Shown piece by piece: positions 1 through 11,473 of a DNA stretch of 64,000 bases. Position numbers and translations under genes: made by a program. Under the pieces are notes generated by a model. The model ran no database searches. It saw nothing but the letters and a program-made list of their open reading frames with translations, and was not told the DNA's origin. The number at the start of each line of letters is the position of its first letter. Position 1 is the first letter of the stretch. Origin of the DNA: Amoebophrya sp. A120 (lineage: Eukaryota; Protista; Dinoflagellata); contig CAJINV010000002.1 of assembly GCA_905178155.1 (NCBI GenBank), positions 62,001-126,000 of the forward strand. The letters run 5' to 3'.

Positions 1-1040
1 TGATAGCGGCCTCCCCGCCTCGTCCGAGAGGTTCATCGTCGCCCCGCTGTCCAGAGTCATGCCGTTCCCCGCCGCCGGTTTACTGCCGAATAGCTGTACC
101 AGGGAAAGACGTCACGCTAGTATGTCGCACAATTGTCAATTGCACTTCTGGCACCGAGGCGTACATGTCGTTCTGCATGACAAATTCCGTCGTCTTCGCA
201 CGACAGCAGCAAAAGGAACATGATCACGTCAACTTTCGTCCTAGACGCGGGCACAGTTGCAATGCATATCTAAGACTTAGCCCAGTCAACGTGCAAATTG
301 TATCAAACGGGAGAGCGCAGTTGTTGTACAAAAAGCATGACGGTTTTATTTTGGTTCCTTTCTCGTAAAATTCGTTTCTGGATTTTGGACAAAAAACCAG
401 ATTTTTCCGCGATGGGTTCCTTCTTGGCCCCGATCAGCTGCTGTTGTGTTTTCGGAAAAGTACTCTTATGTTTCAGAATGAATCATACCACTTTTTGTTT
501 CTCATGCATAACTAGTACTGACAAATAGGTCGGTGAAGAGATGAATCTAAGGGATTTACCTTCTGTGCGTTCAGGTTCATCTGCATCAGAAAGAATGGAA
601 CATCACGAAGACGCTTTCTCATGATGAGAATGGAAATTTTCTTGGACACTAAGTAATTATACACACTGCACTTACCACCTGCGGATGCTGATGCTGCTTC
701 ATGGTCCAGGCGTGGTATTCCGACTTTATCCACTGCAAGGAGGTCTGGGTGTGGGGGACTGCGGAACTGCATTGCACATTTGGAATGAAGCCAAAATGTG
801 TGATGCACGAAGCAGAGGAGCGGCAGTTGTCTGTCATGCAAGAGCGCGATTTCCCATTTTCAAGCAAGCTGTCGAATCTTTTGTGCTATTCATCAAAAAA
901 GTCCTCCTCTTTCGCTAGGTGCGAAAATTCGCATTTCGTGGAGCAATTCTTCACATATAAGTAAAACGCGCTTATCCCAAACCCAGGCGTATTTTCAGTC
1001 GATATAGATGCTGGAGAAGTTGTGGCCTTTCGGCGGGGAA

Positions 1041-1307
1041 TATCAACTGCAAATATGTCTGGGCCTGGAAGAGTGCTAGACTTGTCATGCAGGTTTTTCA
1101 TGACCCATGAGGTCTGGTATGTAGGACATAGCATGACAGATTCTGTGATAGATCTATGATGCCTGTTCTGCATGAGAACAAACTGCGACGTCTCGCTTAG
1201 GTCACAAGTGCTTTTGGTAAATCAAGCAACACAGATTTTTACATGATTCAGATTTAGCATGACAAGTTCCAACCTTGTTCCAGACCCAGAGATATTTGCA
1301 ATGCATA
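1041..1307. mobile_element. TIR introner, family A
   Basis: TATCAACTGCAAATATGTCTGGG...CCCAGAGATATTTGCAATGCATA; perfect 5-bp DR GGGAA. Confidence 0.9.
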
Positions 1308-2594
1308 GGGAACTCTGGATCCCGCCATACTTCTTGTTTCCGCCGAAGCCCGAAGCAGAAGAGGTACCTGTTTGAAGTCAAATTTGACTTTATTCATGAT
1401 GAGTTTGTCATGCAGGAATGCTGCTTTTTTGAATCCTACTCAGATGTCCGAAAATAAAACGATTCCGGCTACAACGGCCTCTAGCAGCTTAGTACCGGTG
1501 TGGTGCGCTCCGGCTTGCGCAAAATTCGACGAGTGGCCATTGTACGAGTGGGAGGAAAAAGTGGTCTTCCCGTGCGGCACCATCGTCGCTGAAGGAATAT
1601 CGTTGTTGCAGGTATACTTATACTTGACTGTATCCGATTCCAGTTGATCGACAAGTTCGCACTTGTTGGTACAATGGAGCGCCAACTTCTTTTCGCTATG
1701 TGCAAAGTAGTACGGTGCTATCACAATCACAACAAGAACGGGCATAATATTGTAAACATTACATGATGAAAGAATGCTAAAATATTGCTTAAAGCGTATC
1801 GATCTGCGTCTCGTGCTTTGTGACTGTGTGATATAAAAGTTCTTCTTCTTTCCCAGAAAATAATAGATGCGGGAGAAAATACCGGAATTGGTGTGCAGCT
1901 CCTTTTGCTCGGGAATTCGTTGTAAAAGTGCAAAAATCTTCCACTCTCCCCACCTACAAGCCTTCTGTTGGCTAAGTAATTGGCTATGTATAATACCTAG
2001 TGCGTGACCTCCTGTGTAGCCACGGCGAAGAGCTTTGTCGGCAGCAGCGACGCACTTATTTGCATGTGCTATATCTGTAATGCTGTGCACCGAACCGCAG
2101 GCACGAGCATTGTGAGGCCGAACAAGCGGGCTTCTACACGCCATCACATGTTCACAATCTGCCTGCGCTGTAGCAACACACAGTACTACATTTGCATGGC
2201 AGAGCTTCAAATATTGTCATGCATGGTGCGTCACTATGCACTATGGTAATTGCACATGATGCACGGTCTGCCAAGCACTAGGGTAAATGTTGTACTTAGC
2301 ATGACAAATCTGTTCTACACTTTTCTATCTGGAACTGGAGAGGGTCGAAAATTTTTCACCGGCATAACTTGTCCAGATTCACTTTCGTTCCGGCTCCGAT
2401 CGGGCGATTGTTGTTCATCCCCACAGCTGCTTTATTGAATTTCCGGTTTAATGATGTTACAATCGCATTACAGATTTCTTTGTTTTGAGACGATCTGCTT
2501 GTGTTTCATGGAAATGAAGGAAATGACGTAGTTTTCGCATTACACATTTTTTTCTTGCAAATCACTTGAAGTTTGGAAATGTAATTGTCGAATA

Positions 2595-4770
2595 CCGTTT
2601 TCGGTAAAAGTAAGCATGTCACGGAGGTTCTCCACTTCCTCCTCCTCCTCTCGGGCCTTATGCGCTGGAAATACCTCACTTGGCCTGGATATCCTGTGCA
2701 AACACGTTCTCACCCCAGAGTCAGAATGGGGATCTCGCTACACACATCCAGAACTTTTGGTGGAGGATGTCACGCACTATGACAATTTTCTCTTTTTATT
2801 ATGGTGCAGTTTAGCAAGTACAGCCGCATCACATCAGCAAAGCCATCTACTTATATTTATCCTGTTTACAGCATTACAAATTCCAAAACAGCACGTTTGG
2901 AAATGCCTCTCATAGGAATGCGCATTAGTGAGGTTCCTGCACTTAGATGCAGATGCAAATCTGCATGACAGCGGTGGGTGTTTATGTACTAGCAACTCCG
3001 GGGTGCAAACGTTTTTACTCACGATACTGGATTTGAATGACAAACTTGGTTGGAGGGGCAGGTGGATGCTGCCTGTTGCTGGTGCAACGCCCCTCTTCAA
3101 TTTGATTCATTTGAAATGCTCTACGATCAGAACTATGACCTCTGTGGTGCATGTTGCGCGAAAGCGGAGCTTGCTCGTCGTGCAGAGATCCGATTCGCGT
3201 ATCCCATGCGTAGGCGGCTGCATGACATGACAATGTTTAGATGAAGCAGTCAAAACTACGGCTGTGGTATTTGTCAACTGGTGCACCCGTATCTGTGTAG
3301 TATTACTGCCTATTTGCAAATGCAATTATGCACGTGAGAGGTTGACAACTCTCCAGACCTAGATTGATATTTCGGGTTGGTACACTTTTTTGTACGCAGT
3401 CGCGACTGCCTCCTCTGCTGCCTTCAGCCCTGCTCTTTTCCGCCCTTATCCTGTAGAAGACTATCGCGCAGCTCCGTACGGCTCTTCTACCGATTCGACT
3501 ACATAAATTATTTTACTTTTTCCAAAATCAAATCAACATCACAACTTCAACTTTCCAGTCCATGACCTGCACACCTGCAAATGCGAACCATTTTAGTTTT
3601 TTCGGTTGAGCAGGAAATCCACTCCAAAGAAGTAAAGGGACGATAATCTATTTCCACAGGATACGTTCTCGATTTCTTTGATCTGAAAATCAAAGTTTTT
3701 CATTTCCAACTCCTTTTCCGCATGTTTTTGATTGAGAACCGCCATGACAAAGAAATGCAGCTAGCGTATTCTTTCGCTTGGCATTGTCTGCGGCACACGG
3801 ATTGTAATGCTGCTTGTGGTTCCAAAATTTGTCATGCTATTTGTGCTTATAGATCAGATGCGGCTTTGGGTTTTTTTTGCATCACAAATGAGGGGGAGGG
3901 GGACTTGTGCACTCTCATGAGCTCCGATTTCGGTTTATTCGCATCTGCAGAATGCCAAGTCCGATATGCTAGTAAAAATTTTGCGCACGATAACCGCGTC
4001 CCATTGGTTATTGAACGGTCAAGATCTAAACCGAGAAAGTCGATGAAATGATTTGTCATTCTTATGCATAATAAAATCGATATAAGTTGGTGTTGAGCCC
4101 TAAGTTTCTAAGAGGCGAACGAGAAATTTTGCAAGCATACACGTAAATCCAATTTTTCATGCTGTTTGGGGCAAAGTAGGAGACTACTTTCGCATCATTT
4201 ATCAAACCCCAAGAAACAAGCTCAAGTACAACCGGCCTCATGTGGCTGCTCTGCAATACAAGCTGTTTCCGCATCGTGTTTTATGCATGACAAATTCTTT
4301 CAACTCTGGTCGATTTCGATCCTATACGCCCCCATAGTCGTCGGTGGCCACCTTTTTCGCATTGAGAGCAGCTTCCAGCTCTTCATTCGCCTCGTGCAGT
4401 CGCGAAGCGGCTTTCAGCTTGGTCTTCCGGATTATCAAGTGCAAATATGTCTGGGTCTGGAAGCAGAAAACAAATATTTGTCATGCAGTTTCTGCAATTG
4501 GAATTACGAGGAGGCCTGGAAGGCACACAGAGCATGTTGACAGACTTTGCGCAGGCTTCATCTGTCTCCATGCCTTGCCTGCATGAGCAACGCCCTAGCT
4601 TGGAGACGAAAGTGGCTATCTGCTTTTGCATCCTAAGCAACACAGATTTATTTTCCCTGGTGTTCCAGATAATTCCGCATCACACACAGGTTTCTTGCAT
4701 CCTTCCAGACCCAGACACATTTGCATTTGATACGGATTTTCCCACTCGCCTCGTCCTTGCGGACGTGGCG
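2595..4770 (-). CDS. Fragments of a multi-exon coiled-coil protein (partial model)
   Basis: Removing 4433-4732 gives KRQRHVRKDEASGKI|RKTKLKAASRLHEANEELEAALNAKK; removing 3447-3663 gives IKEIEN|GKRAGLKAAEEAVATAYKK; removing 2690-3026 gives FKS|RPSEVFPAHKAREEEEEVENLRDML. Not all junctions resolved. Confidence 0.5.
2690..3026. mobile_element. TIR introner, family B
   Basis: TATCCTGTGCAAACACGTT...AACGTTTTTACTCACGATA; perfect DR CTGGA. Confidence 0.85.
3447..3663. mobile_element. TIR introner, degenerate
   Basis: TATCCTGTAGAA...TTCCACAGGATA; removal +5 nt gives a coiled-coil reading. Confidence 0.6.
4433..4732. mobile_element. TIR introner, family A
   Basis: ~29-bp TIR; perfect DR CGGAT; removal restores frame. 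Confidence 0.92.
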
Positions 4771-4942
4771 CTGCCGCTTCTATATGAAAAGAAAAGCACC
4801 ACTTTCTCCACTGCTAACCACGCATTACGAGCACGAATGCGTGTGGTCCGCAGAGAGGAAATGAGTTTTCAGGTCATACCCTCGGCGGTCCGGGTCCGAT
4901 CCGCGAGCGCTCCGTTGGTCTTCATCATACCAGGGGTCGTAC

Positions 4943-5220
4943 TATCCTGTGCGAAAACCCTCGCCCCCCACATGCTGTCATGCAAATCTTTCATCATCTG
5001 CGAGAGGCTCTTGAGCAGCTTTTCATGAGTGCCATTTTCTGGCAATTTGTCATGCTATTCCGACCGGGATAAGGCGACATCTTCGTGCTACTATCGCAGC
5101 GCAACCAGATAAGCACGAGAGCAGACCCCCCAATTCAAATTTGTCATGCGTGGCTCCCTGAGTTGCTACAACATTTGCGAAGGTGCATAGCAGGCGCGAG
5201 GAGCGATGTTGCACAGGATA
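4943..5220. mobile_element. TIR introner, family B-like
   Basis: TATCCTGTGC...GCACAGGATA perfect 10-bp ends; DR not conserved. Confidence 0.6.
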
Positions 5221-7055
5221 GTGGGTCGTGTCGAATCGAATCGAGGGTTTTTTGCCGTCTTGGTATGCAGTAGGCACTCCGGTGGTGGTGCGGGGGTACA
5301 ACAGTTCTTTCTACAAGAGAGACCTGGGAGAAACCAGTGAGAGAAAAAGCTCAGCAGACTAGAGCGAAAAGAAATATCTTATTGTGCGAACTTTTGATAC
5401 AGGGTAAGCGAACTTTTCTTATTCTTAGACTGAGTAAGGGATGTTGTAATTGTATTACTGAGTAAGCGATCTTTATTGTACGTATTCTTGAAACTTCAAT
5501 TCATGAGAAAGCGCCCCTTGCTGCTTTGAAAAAACAGAGTTTCTTGTTGGGAAAAGTGTGTGAAAATTCGCCGTTGGTTCTTCTTGGTCTTGCAAGCCAC
5601 GAGCAGGTGGAGATCATGAAAAAGAAATACGACGAAGTCCTCAAGTCAAATGGTTTTCAAGGTACTGGTACAACCACGAGTGAATCCAATATACAACTCG
5701 AACGAGCGAACGAGCAAAGCGAAACCCACGATCATATTGAGGACAGGAAACACTCACTTCGACGACGAAATACGCAATACAAGTTGTCGCTCTTAAAATA
5801 CAGATGCATATCATTTTTACTTTTTCCACGAACGACGAGCACGCACATAGATTTTTGTTACCCGCTCCACTCTTGGACGAATGTCGACTCTTGGACAAAT
5901 GTCGACTCAATTCCACGACCGTGACCTCTTATACCAAAAATCGCGAGGCGCCTATGACTCGGGACGACGCGTCGCGTTGACCGAAGAATACCGAACACGA
6001 GCAAAGCCGTGGACCCAATTTCTCTACTGGTTGACTGATTGGATTCTCACTGAATACTGTTGCCATTGCCGATCTGTTTCACAATTATTTCAGTTGCGGG
6101 ATTCAACACGAGACTCATGACGCAGTCTTTTTTCTCTTTCTCGCGGAGGAAACACATCAGAAAAGAAAAAGAAAAACTGCAACAACTCCGTGTTTATTTG
6201 TTCGCAATCACTCATGGGAGCGCGATGACACCTGTCGCGCTCTTCTTTCTCATAGCTAAACACCAGCCCCGCGCGAGCTGCTCGCCCCTTGCGCAGCTGC
6301 CGACCCGTACCACTTGACGAACTCGGTCGCGAGCCGGAGCAGCTCACGCGACCGCTCCCCCTTCTCCAGCTCCAGATCGAAAAACCAACGGTAGCGCGGG
6401 GCGCCGGTCGGCATCTTCCGGCTGTGAACAATCTCGCGGAACTGCTCCAGGCTGACCCGTATCACGGGAAACATATCATCCTCTAACGTGGTGTCAATTT
6501 TCTATGGAAGCGTCAGGACCGAAGTCAACAGAATCGAGCTAGTTTGTCATGCATAAAATCAATTGCCAGTCAGTGCCTCAGTCTCGAAGTGGCGCATGAC
6601 AAATTTCGGGAGCACCAAAATCCAGTCTGTCATGCCATTTGGGCAAAGAATACTGCCTCTGTAGTCAAGTTACTCTGGCGCAAAGTCCTCTTCTCCTAAA
6701 CAGGCTCGCAATCGGTCTCATTTGCCTGCTCCCCGACACAGGCGTTACGTGCCTTGCATTTTATGCATTACAAACAAGGTCCGAGCACGGGGACAGAGTC
6801 CCCGTGCGGCGACCTTCCGGCATTTGTCTGGGACGAGTTCGGGGGTTGTCGTGGTGGCGCACAGGGCGGGCAGGCCCCTGCAGCTCGGTGCCTCTGTGTG
6901 TCCTGCGCTCCCTGATCCGCGACAGACCTACGGACGGAGCCCCTCTGCTTGCCCACACTAGATCCGCTGGCCCACCGCGAACAGTGAAACAAAGAGAAAA
7001 GAAAGGAAGAAGCTGGCGCCGGGCCGGGTGCCGATAGCACCGGCGCCGCGTCTGT

Positions 7056-7775
7056 AGCTGGCCCCTAGGTCATGACGCGGGGNNNNNNNNNNNNNNNNNN
7101 NNNNNNNNNNNNNNNNNNNNNNNNNNNNNNNNNNNNNNNNNNNNNNNNNNNNNNNNNNNNNNNNNNNNNNNNNNNNNNNNNNNNNNNNNNNNNNNNNNNN
7201 NNNNNNNNNNNNNNNNNNNNNNNNNNNNNNNNNNNNNNNNNNNNNNNNNNNNNNNNNNNNNNNNNNNNNNNNNNNNNNNNNNNNNNNNNNNNNNNNNNNN
7301 NNNNNNNNNNNNNNNNNNNNNNNNNNNNNNNNNNNNNNNNNNNNNNNNNNNNNNNNNNNNNNNNNNNNNNNNNNNNNNNNNNNNNNNNNNNNNNNAAAGC
7401 TGGCCCCTAGGTCATGACGCGGGGACCGAGCCCCCGCGCTGCCCTAGGGCTTTTTCCCGTGGGCCGTGTGGTTAGTTTCCGGGAAAGAAGCGCCCGCAGC
7501 AGCTGGCCCCTAGGTCATGACGCGGGGACCGAGTCCCCGCGCTGACCTAGGGCTTTTGCCCCTGGGCCGTGCGGTTAGATAGTTTCCGGGAAACAAACGC
7601 CCAAAGCTGGCCCCTAGGTCATGACGCGGGGACCGAGTCCCCGCGCTGACCTAGGGCTTTCGCCCCTGGGCCGTGCGGTTAGTTTCCGGGAAACGCCCGA
7701 AGCTGGTCCCTAGGTCATGACGCGGGGACCGAGTCCCCGCGCTGACCTAGGGCTTTTGCCCCTGGGCCGTGCGAG
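7056..7775. repeat. ~100-bp GC-rich hairpin tandem repeat spanning an assembly gap
   Basis: Units start AGCTGGCCCCTAGGTCATGACGCGGGG at 7056, 7398, 7501, 7605 and 7701; N gap at 7083-7395. Confidence 0.92.
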
Positions 7776-7902
7776 AAGCCCGCCCACTCTGGATACTTGA
7801 GCCCGCTCTGGATATTTATTCGATTCGGATCCAGGTATGTTTTCTGCTCTGGATACTCAGGCTCTCTGCCCCCTGCTCTGAATGTGGTAGCCGAGGGCGC
7901 GC

Positions 7903-8250
7903 CGGGGGTTTGTCTGGGGTGTGTCGGGGGTGTCTTCCGGGGGTGTGAGACGGGGATCCCTGGGGTGTGACGGGGGGGTGTGTCGGGGGTGTGTCTGGGG
8001 TGTGTCTGGGGTGTGTCCGGGGTGTGTTCGGGGTGTGTGTTGCAACTTGCAAATCACGATGCTACGCAGCCACTTTGCATACCCCAGAACACACCCCAAA
8101 GCTTCAGCAGTTCTTGTCGGGGGGGGTGTGTCGGGGGTCTGTCTGGGGTGTGTCCGGGGTGTGTTCGGGGTGTGGCCTGCAAATTACAAATCACGATGCT
8201 ACGGACCTACTTTCCATACCCCAGAACACACCCAAAAGCTTCAAAAGTTC
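7903..8250 (+). repeat. G-rich ~11-bp minisatellite (GGGGTGTGTCN) within a duplicated ~135-bp unit
   Basis: Many GGGG-TGTGTC runs; the tail TGCAA.TT.CAAATCACGATGCTACG...CATACCCCAGAACAC occurs twice (~8042 and ~8178). Confidence 0.88.
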
Positions 8251-8264
8251 TGGTTTGCTGCAGT

Positions 8265-11008
8265 TTAAATAGTAATGTTTCGGCTTTGTCGATTTCGGTC
8301 CTGAAGACACTCCCATACCTTGTCGTCGGGGTGCAGTGGCTCCCGTCCTGCCCCGAGCCTGCTCGAGGCATTCTTGTAGCAGTCTCGCAGCCTTTCTCCG
8401 CTTTGGCTTTCGCCGCTCGTGTTGTATCAACTGGAAATATGCCTGGGCCTGGAAGCCAGCCTGTGAAGATGCTGGGTTGCTGTTGCATTGCAGTATTGCA
8501 GTTCGTCATGCAATACAGATCGTCGCGTGCAAGATAAACAGCACCGTCTCACGACGCTTCCAGGCCCAGACATATCCACACTGGATACTTTCACCACCAT
8601 GTAGATCGGCCCGCCCTGGCGTCGGAGCCGCGGGAGGTGATTCGCTGGAACGCCGCTCCTGGCGCGCACCGCGTCGAAGACGTCCGCGGCGCCGGGTAAG
8701 GCCGAGAAGACGTCCTCCCATGTGTGTACCTGCGAGACGAAGACGCGGTGAAAAATCCCGCGACACGAAGACAGCAAAACCAATATCCAGGCAGAAAATC
8801 CCTCCGCCCCATAGTTAAAATGGGGCCGTTGCTCATACTGTGTTCATGCCCATATCCAAAACAAGAATTGTGTGCGTCAGTCTGTCCTCGTTCTGTAGCA
8901 CCAAGCACTCGCGGTGGCCGCAAGCTACCTGCAGGTCGGGAGCTCGGGGACAGTGCAATACCCCGCTAGCAATATTATAGCACGGCAAAGATCTACTTGC
9001 GTGGGCAAAAATGCAGGACAAATTGTCAAGAGTTGGTGGCAGTACATGAGGGGACTGGGTTTATTTTCTTCACGATAGTCGCCGGACTACTTCGCGAATT
9101 TCCTTGCTCGGTTCGGACATAGAAGGTGTGCTCTTGAAAACAAGGCCGCCGTATGCATTCGCAAGTATGTCGGAGTCCGCTTCATGATTGCGAGCACGTG
9201 TCTAGTTATGCTTGGCTACTAGATGCACGCTCCGCAAACGTGCTGCTTGTTTGTCATGCACAGCTTCGTTTGTCATGCACAGCTTCAGCCTCTTTTCCAT
9301 GCACGTCTTGTACTTGTTGTTCTTCTACAGTATAGTAGATTTTGTCGCACGCGACGACGTTGCAGACCCCGACATTTTTGCAGCTCATACCTACTTGTTC
9401 TAATACCGACGTGCTCGTACCTGCTCGCACCTGCTCTAATACCGACCTTTTTTGCAAATCTTGCCGACCTGCTCGTAGCTGGTTTTGGTGTTGGCTGGAC
9501 GGTCCCGAAGTAGTGGCACTTGATGTCCCGAGCAGCGTGTTATTCTGCTGGTGGGGATGGAAACTGGGAGCATCGTGTGGTTGACCATGAGCATTCATCC
9601 CATCTACCTCCTCCTGCTCTTCAACTGGACTCTGGCGCAAGCTTTGCTTGTTTCTCCTCTGGGCGGAGGCGGACGGTTGCTGGCCGCCTTGGTGCGGAAA
9701 ATTGTTCTGAGCGTTGGTTTATCAAATGTAAAAGTGTGATGTGGGTCTGGAAGAATGCAACTTGTGATGCTGCATTTCGATTCCAGAAAAATCTGTATTG
9801 GATAGTACCAAAAGGAATGTAATTTTTGCTACGCGGAGAGGGCATTGGTCATGCGGAGAAGGGATCAAGAAGCTCTCAAAAAATCTGTGATGCTAGGGTA
9901 TGCATCACAGACATCAGGGCTCATGCAAAACGTGCATGCCAAGTGTCAGAATCTTCCAGACCCAGACATTTTTACAGTTGATATGTTTATGTCGGTTTCA
10001 TCCCCGAAAACCGCCAGGTCACGGTCGTCGTCGTCGTCCTGGTGACTTTATCCTGTGCAAAAGTATCGTACTCGTAGTAATTGCACTTATGCATTACAAA
10101 TCTTTTTCCTATTAAGGTCAATCAGCATTACAAATTCCATTTCTCATGCTGAGGAAATTTGTCATGCAATTTATACTAGTACGATACTTTTGCAATGCAT
10201 AGATTTTCCTGTCCAGCGACGCCCCCGGTAGTGTAGTTGCCGGAGCCACCAATACCCTGCTGGGATGATGTGCTAGCTTCTTCTACTACAAGAGTTGCCC
10301 CCACCATCCTCGAAGCCTCGCCTGCCGATGTATTCTGCTGCAGGTACTGTCTTTCTTGGTCTCCCATGCTGGTGTTAGCAGGGTTCAGTCCGTCCTGGTG
10401 CGAACCGCCACCCTGCAGATGCTCCTGTTGGTCGAAGTTTTCCGCAATGACAAGTGGCTGTTGATGGCCCATCTGCTCCTGCGGGGGAAGCTGTGTCGTA
10501 TCTTGCTGTGTCCTGGTGCTGTTCTGTTGCTGAGCCTGGTTCATGTTGCTGTTCTGCACGTCCTGTTGGAACTCGGTTTCGTCTCGCACCGGACTGTATG
10601 CATTGCAAATTCAAATATGTCTTGCTCTGGACCAAGACTACAACTTGTGATGCGTCCTGCAGATCGCACAGGAATTTGTCTTGCACGGGTAGCACAAGAA
10701 ACCCGCTTTTGGTCATGCTGAAGCGGTACTTATTTGTCATGCGAGATATGCATTGCAAAGCCCTTGCGACCCCTTTGATGCTCTGTCCAGCATTACATTC
10801 CTCGCCGGTCATCCAAAATCTGCATGACAGACTCCCGCACTTATCCAGACCCAGAAATATTTGCATTTGGTAGACTGTAGCTGCTGTCCATTACGTCGCT
10901 CGGATTACCCATGAAGGGAGCCGCCGAGTTCGCCGTGTGCAGCCCCTGCGGAGCCACCTCTTCATCGTAGTGCGAATTTTCCTGGCTTTGGTCCTGATTG
11001 ATGTCCAT
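8265..11008 (-). CDS. Multi-exon Q/N-rich protein with possible ubiquitin-like C-terminal region
   Basis: ATG at 11008 (MDINQDQ). Removing six elements (10597-10872, 10049-10201, 9720-9983, 9152-9389, 8784-9077, 8425-8587), each +5 nt, joins ORFs 10841-11182, 10176-10589, 9254-9640 and 8427-8783 in frame (e.g. SSYS|PVRDETEFQQ, GQEN|HQDDDDD) to TAA at 8265-8267. Confidence 0.75.
8425..8587. mobile_element. TIR introner, family A (short)
   Basis: TATCAACTGGAAATATGCCTGGGCCTGGAAG...CTTCCAGGCCCAGACATATCCACACTGGATA; DR decayed. Confidence 0.8.
8784..9077. mobile_element. TIR introner, family D (degenerate)
   Basis: TATCCAGGCAGAAAATCCCTCCGCCCCAT...ATGAGGGG...TTTTCTTCACGATA; +5 removal in frame. 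Confidence 0.65.
9152..9389. mobile_element. TIR introner, family A (degenerate)
   Basis: TATGCATTCGCAAGTATGTCGGAGTC...GACCCCGACATTTTTGCAGCTCATA; +5 removal in frame. Confidence 0.7.
9720..9983. mobile_element. TIR introner, family A (reverse orientation)
   Basis: DR TGGTT/TGTTT; interior is the reverse-complement homologue of 1041-1307; +5 removal in frame. Confidence 0.88.
10049..10201. mobile_element. TIR introner, family C
   Basis: TATCCTGTGCAAAAGTATCGTAC...GTACGATACTTTTGCAATGCATA; DR GACTT/GATTT. Confidence 0.88.
10597..10872. mobile_element. TIR introner, family A
   Basis: Perfect DR GACTG; removal joins two Q-rich ORFs. Confidence 0.92.
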
Positions 11009-11473
11009 TTGCACTGTCAAAAGGAAATCTGCCTTCGCCTTTAGTGTCGCAGCAAATTTGTCATGCAAATGCAGCACAACAGGACATCTATATTTTTGAC
11101 CTTGAGTAGAGGTCGTTACGACTCGCGGTGCGCTTCTTTTATCCAATTTGAACAACGGAATCTGATGCAACAACGAAGACATATTTCACTTTGGTACGAC
11201 TCACACCTAATCCGTCGCTGCGATCCACATGACTGTCGACGGACCTTTTTTGTTCATAAATCGGATGTTCGTCTACTTATTTGATCAGCACACCCACACT
11301 CTAGCAAGTGAGCGGGTACTAATTGTCGACAAAAAATAATGCGCGATAGACAACACAACTTGTACCAGTAATTCGTACACGTACTTGTAGTTGGTTACTA
11401 TAGTCAACGCACGAGGTGTAACTAAATCCAGTCTCTAATGGAGATCGAGATGAGATGGTAGAGAAACAGATTT

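Noticed and set aside
5868-5909. Small local duplications (18-mer here; also ~16981-17085, 19286-19348, 62588-62643)
   Set aside because: Ordinary slippage duplications with no further structure.
7072-7410. ORFs running through N gaps (also 37387-38004)
   Set aside because: Artefacts of assembly gaps.
7056-7775. CRISPR-like array of palindromic repeats
   Set aside because: Whole units are near-identical with no unique spacers, no cas genes are visible, and the context is eukaryotic.
7903-8175. Telomeric repeat
   Set aside because: Irregular ~11-bp units, internal location, and not a TTTAGGG-type repeat.
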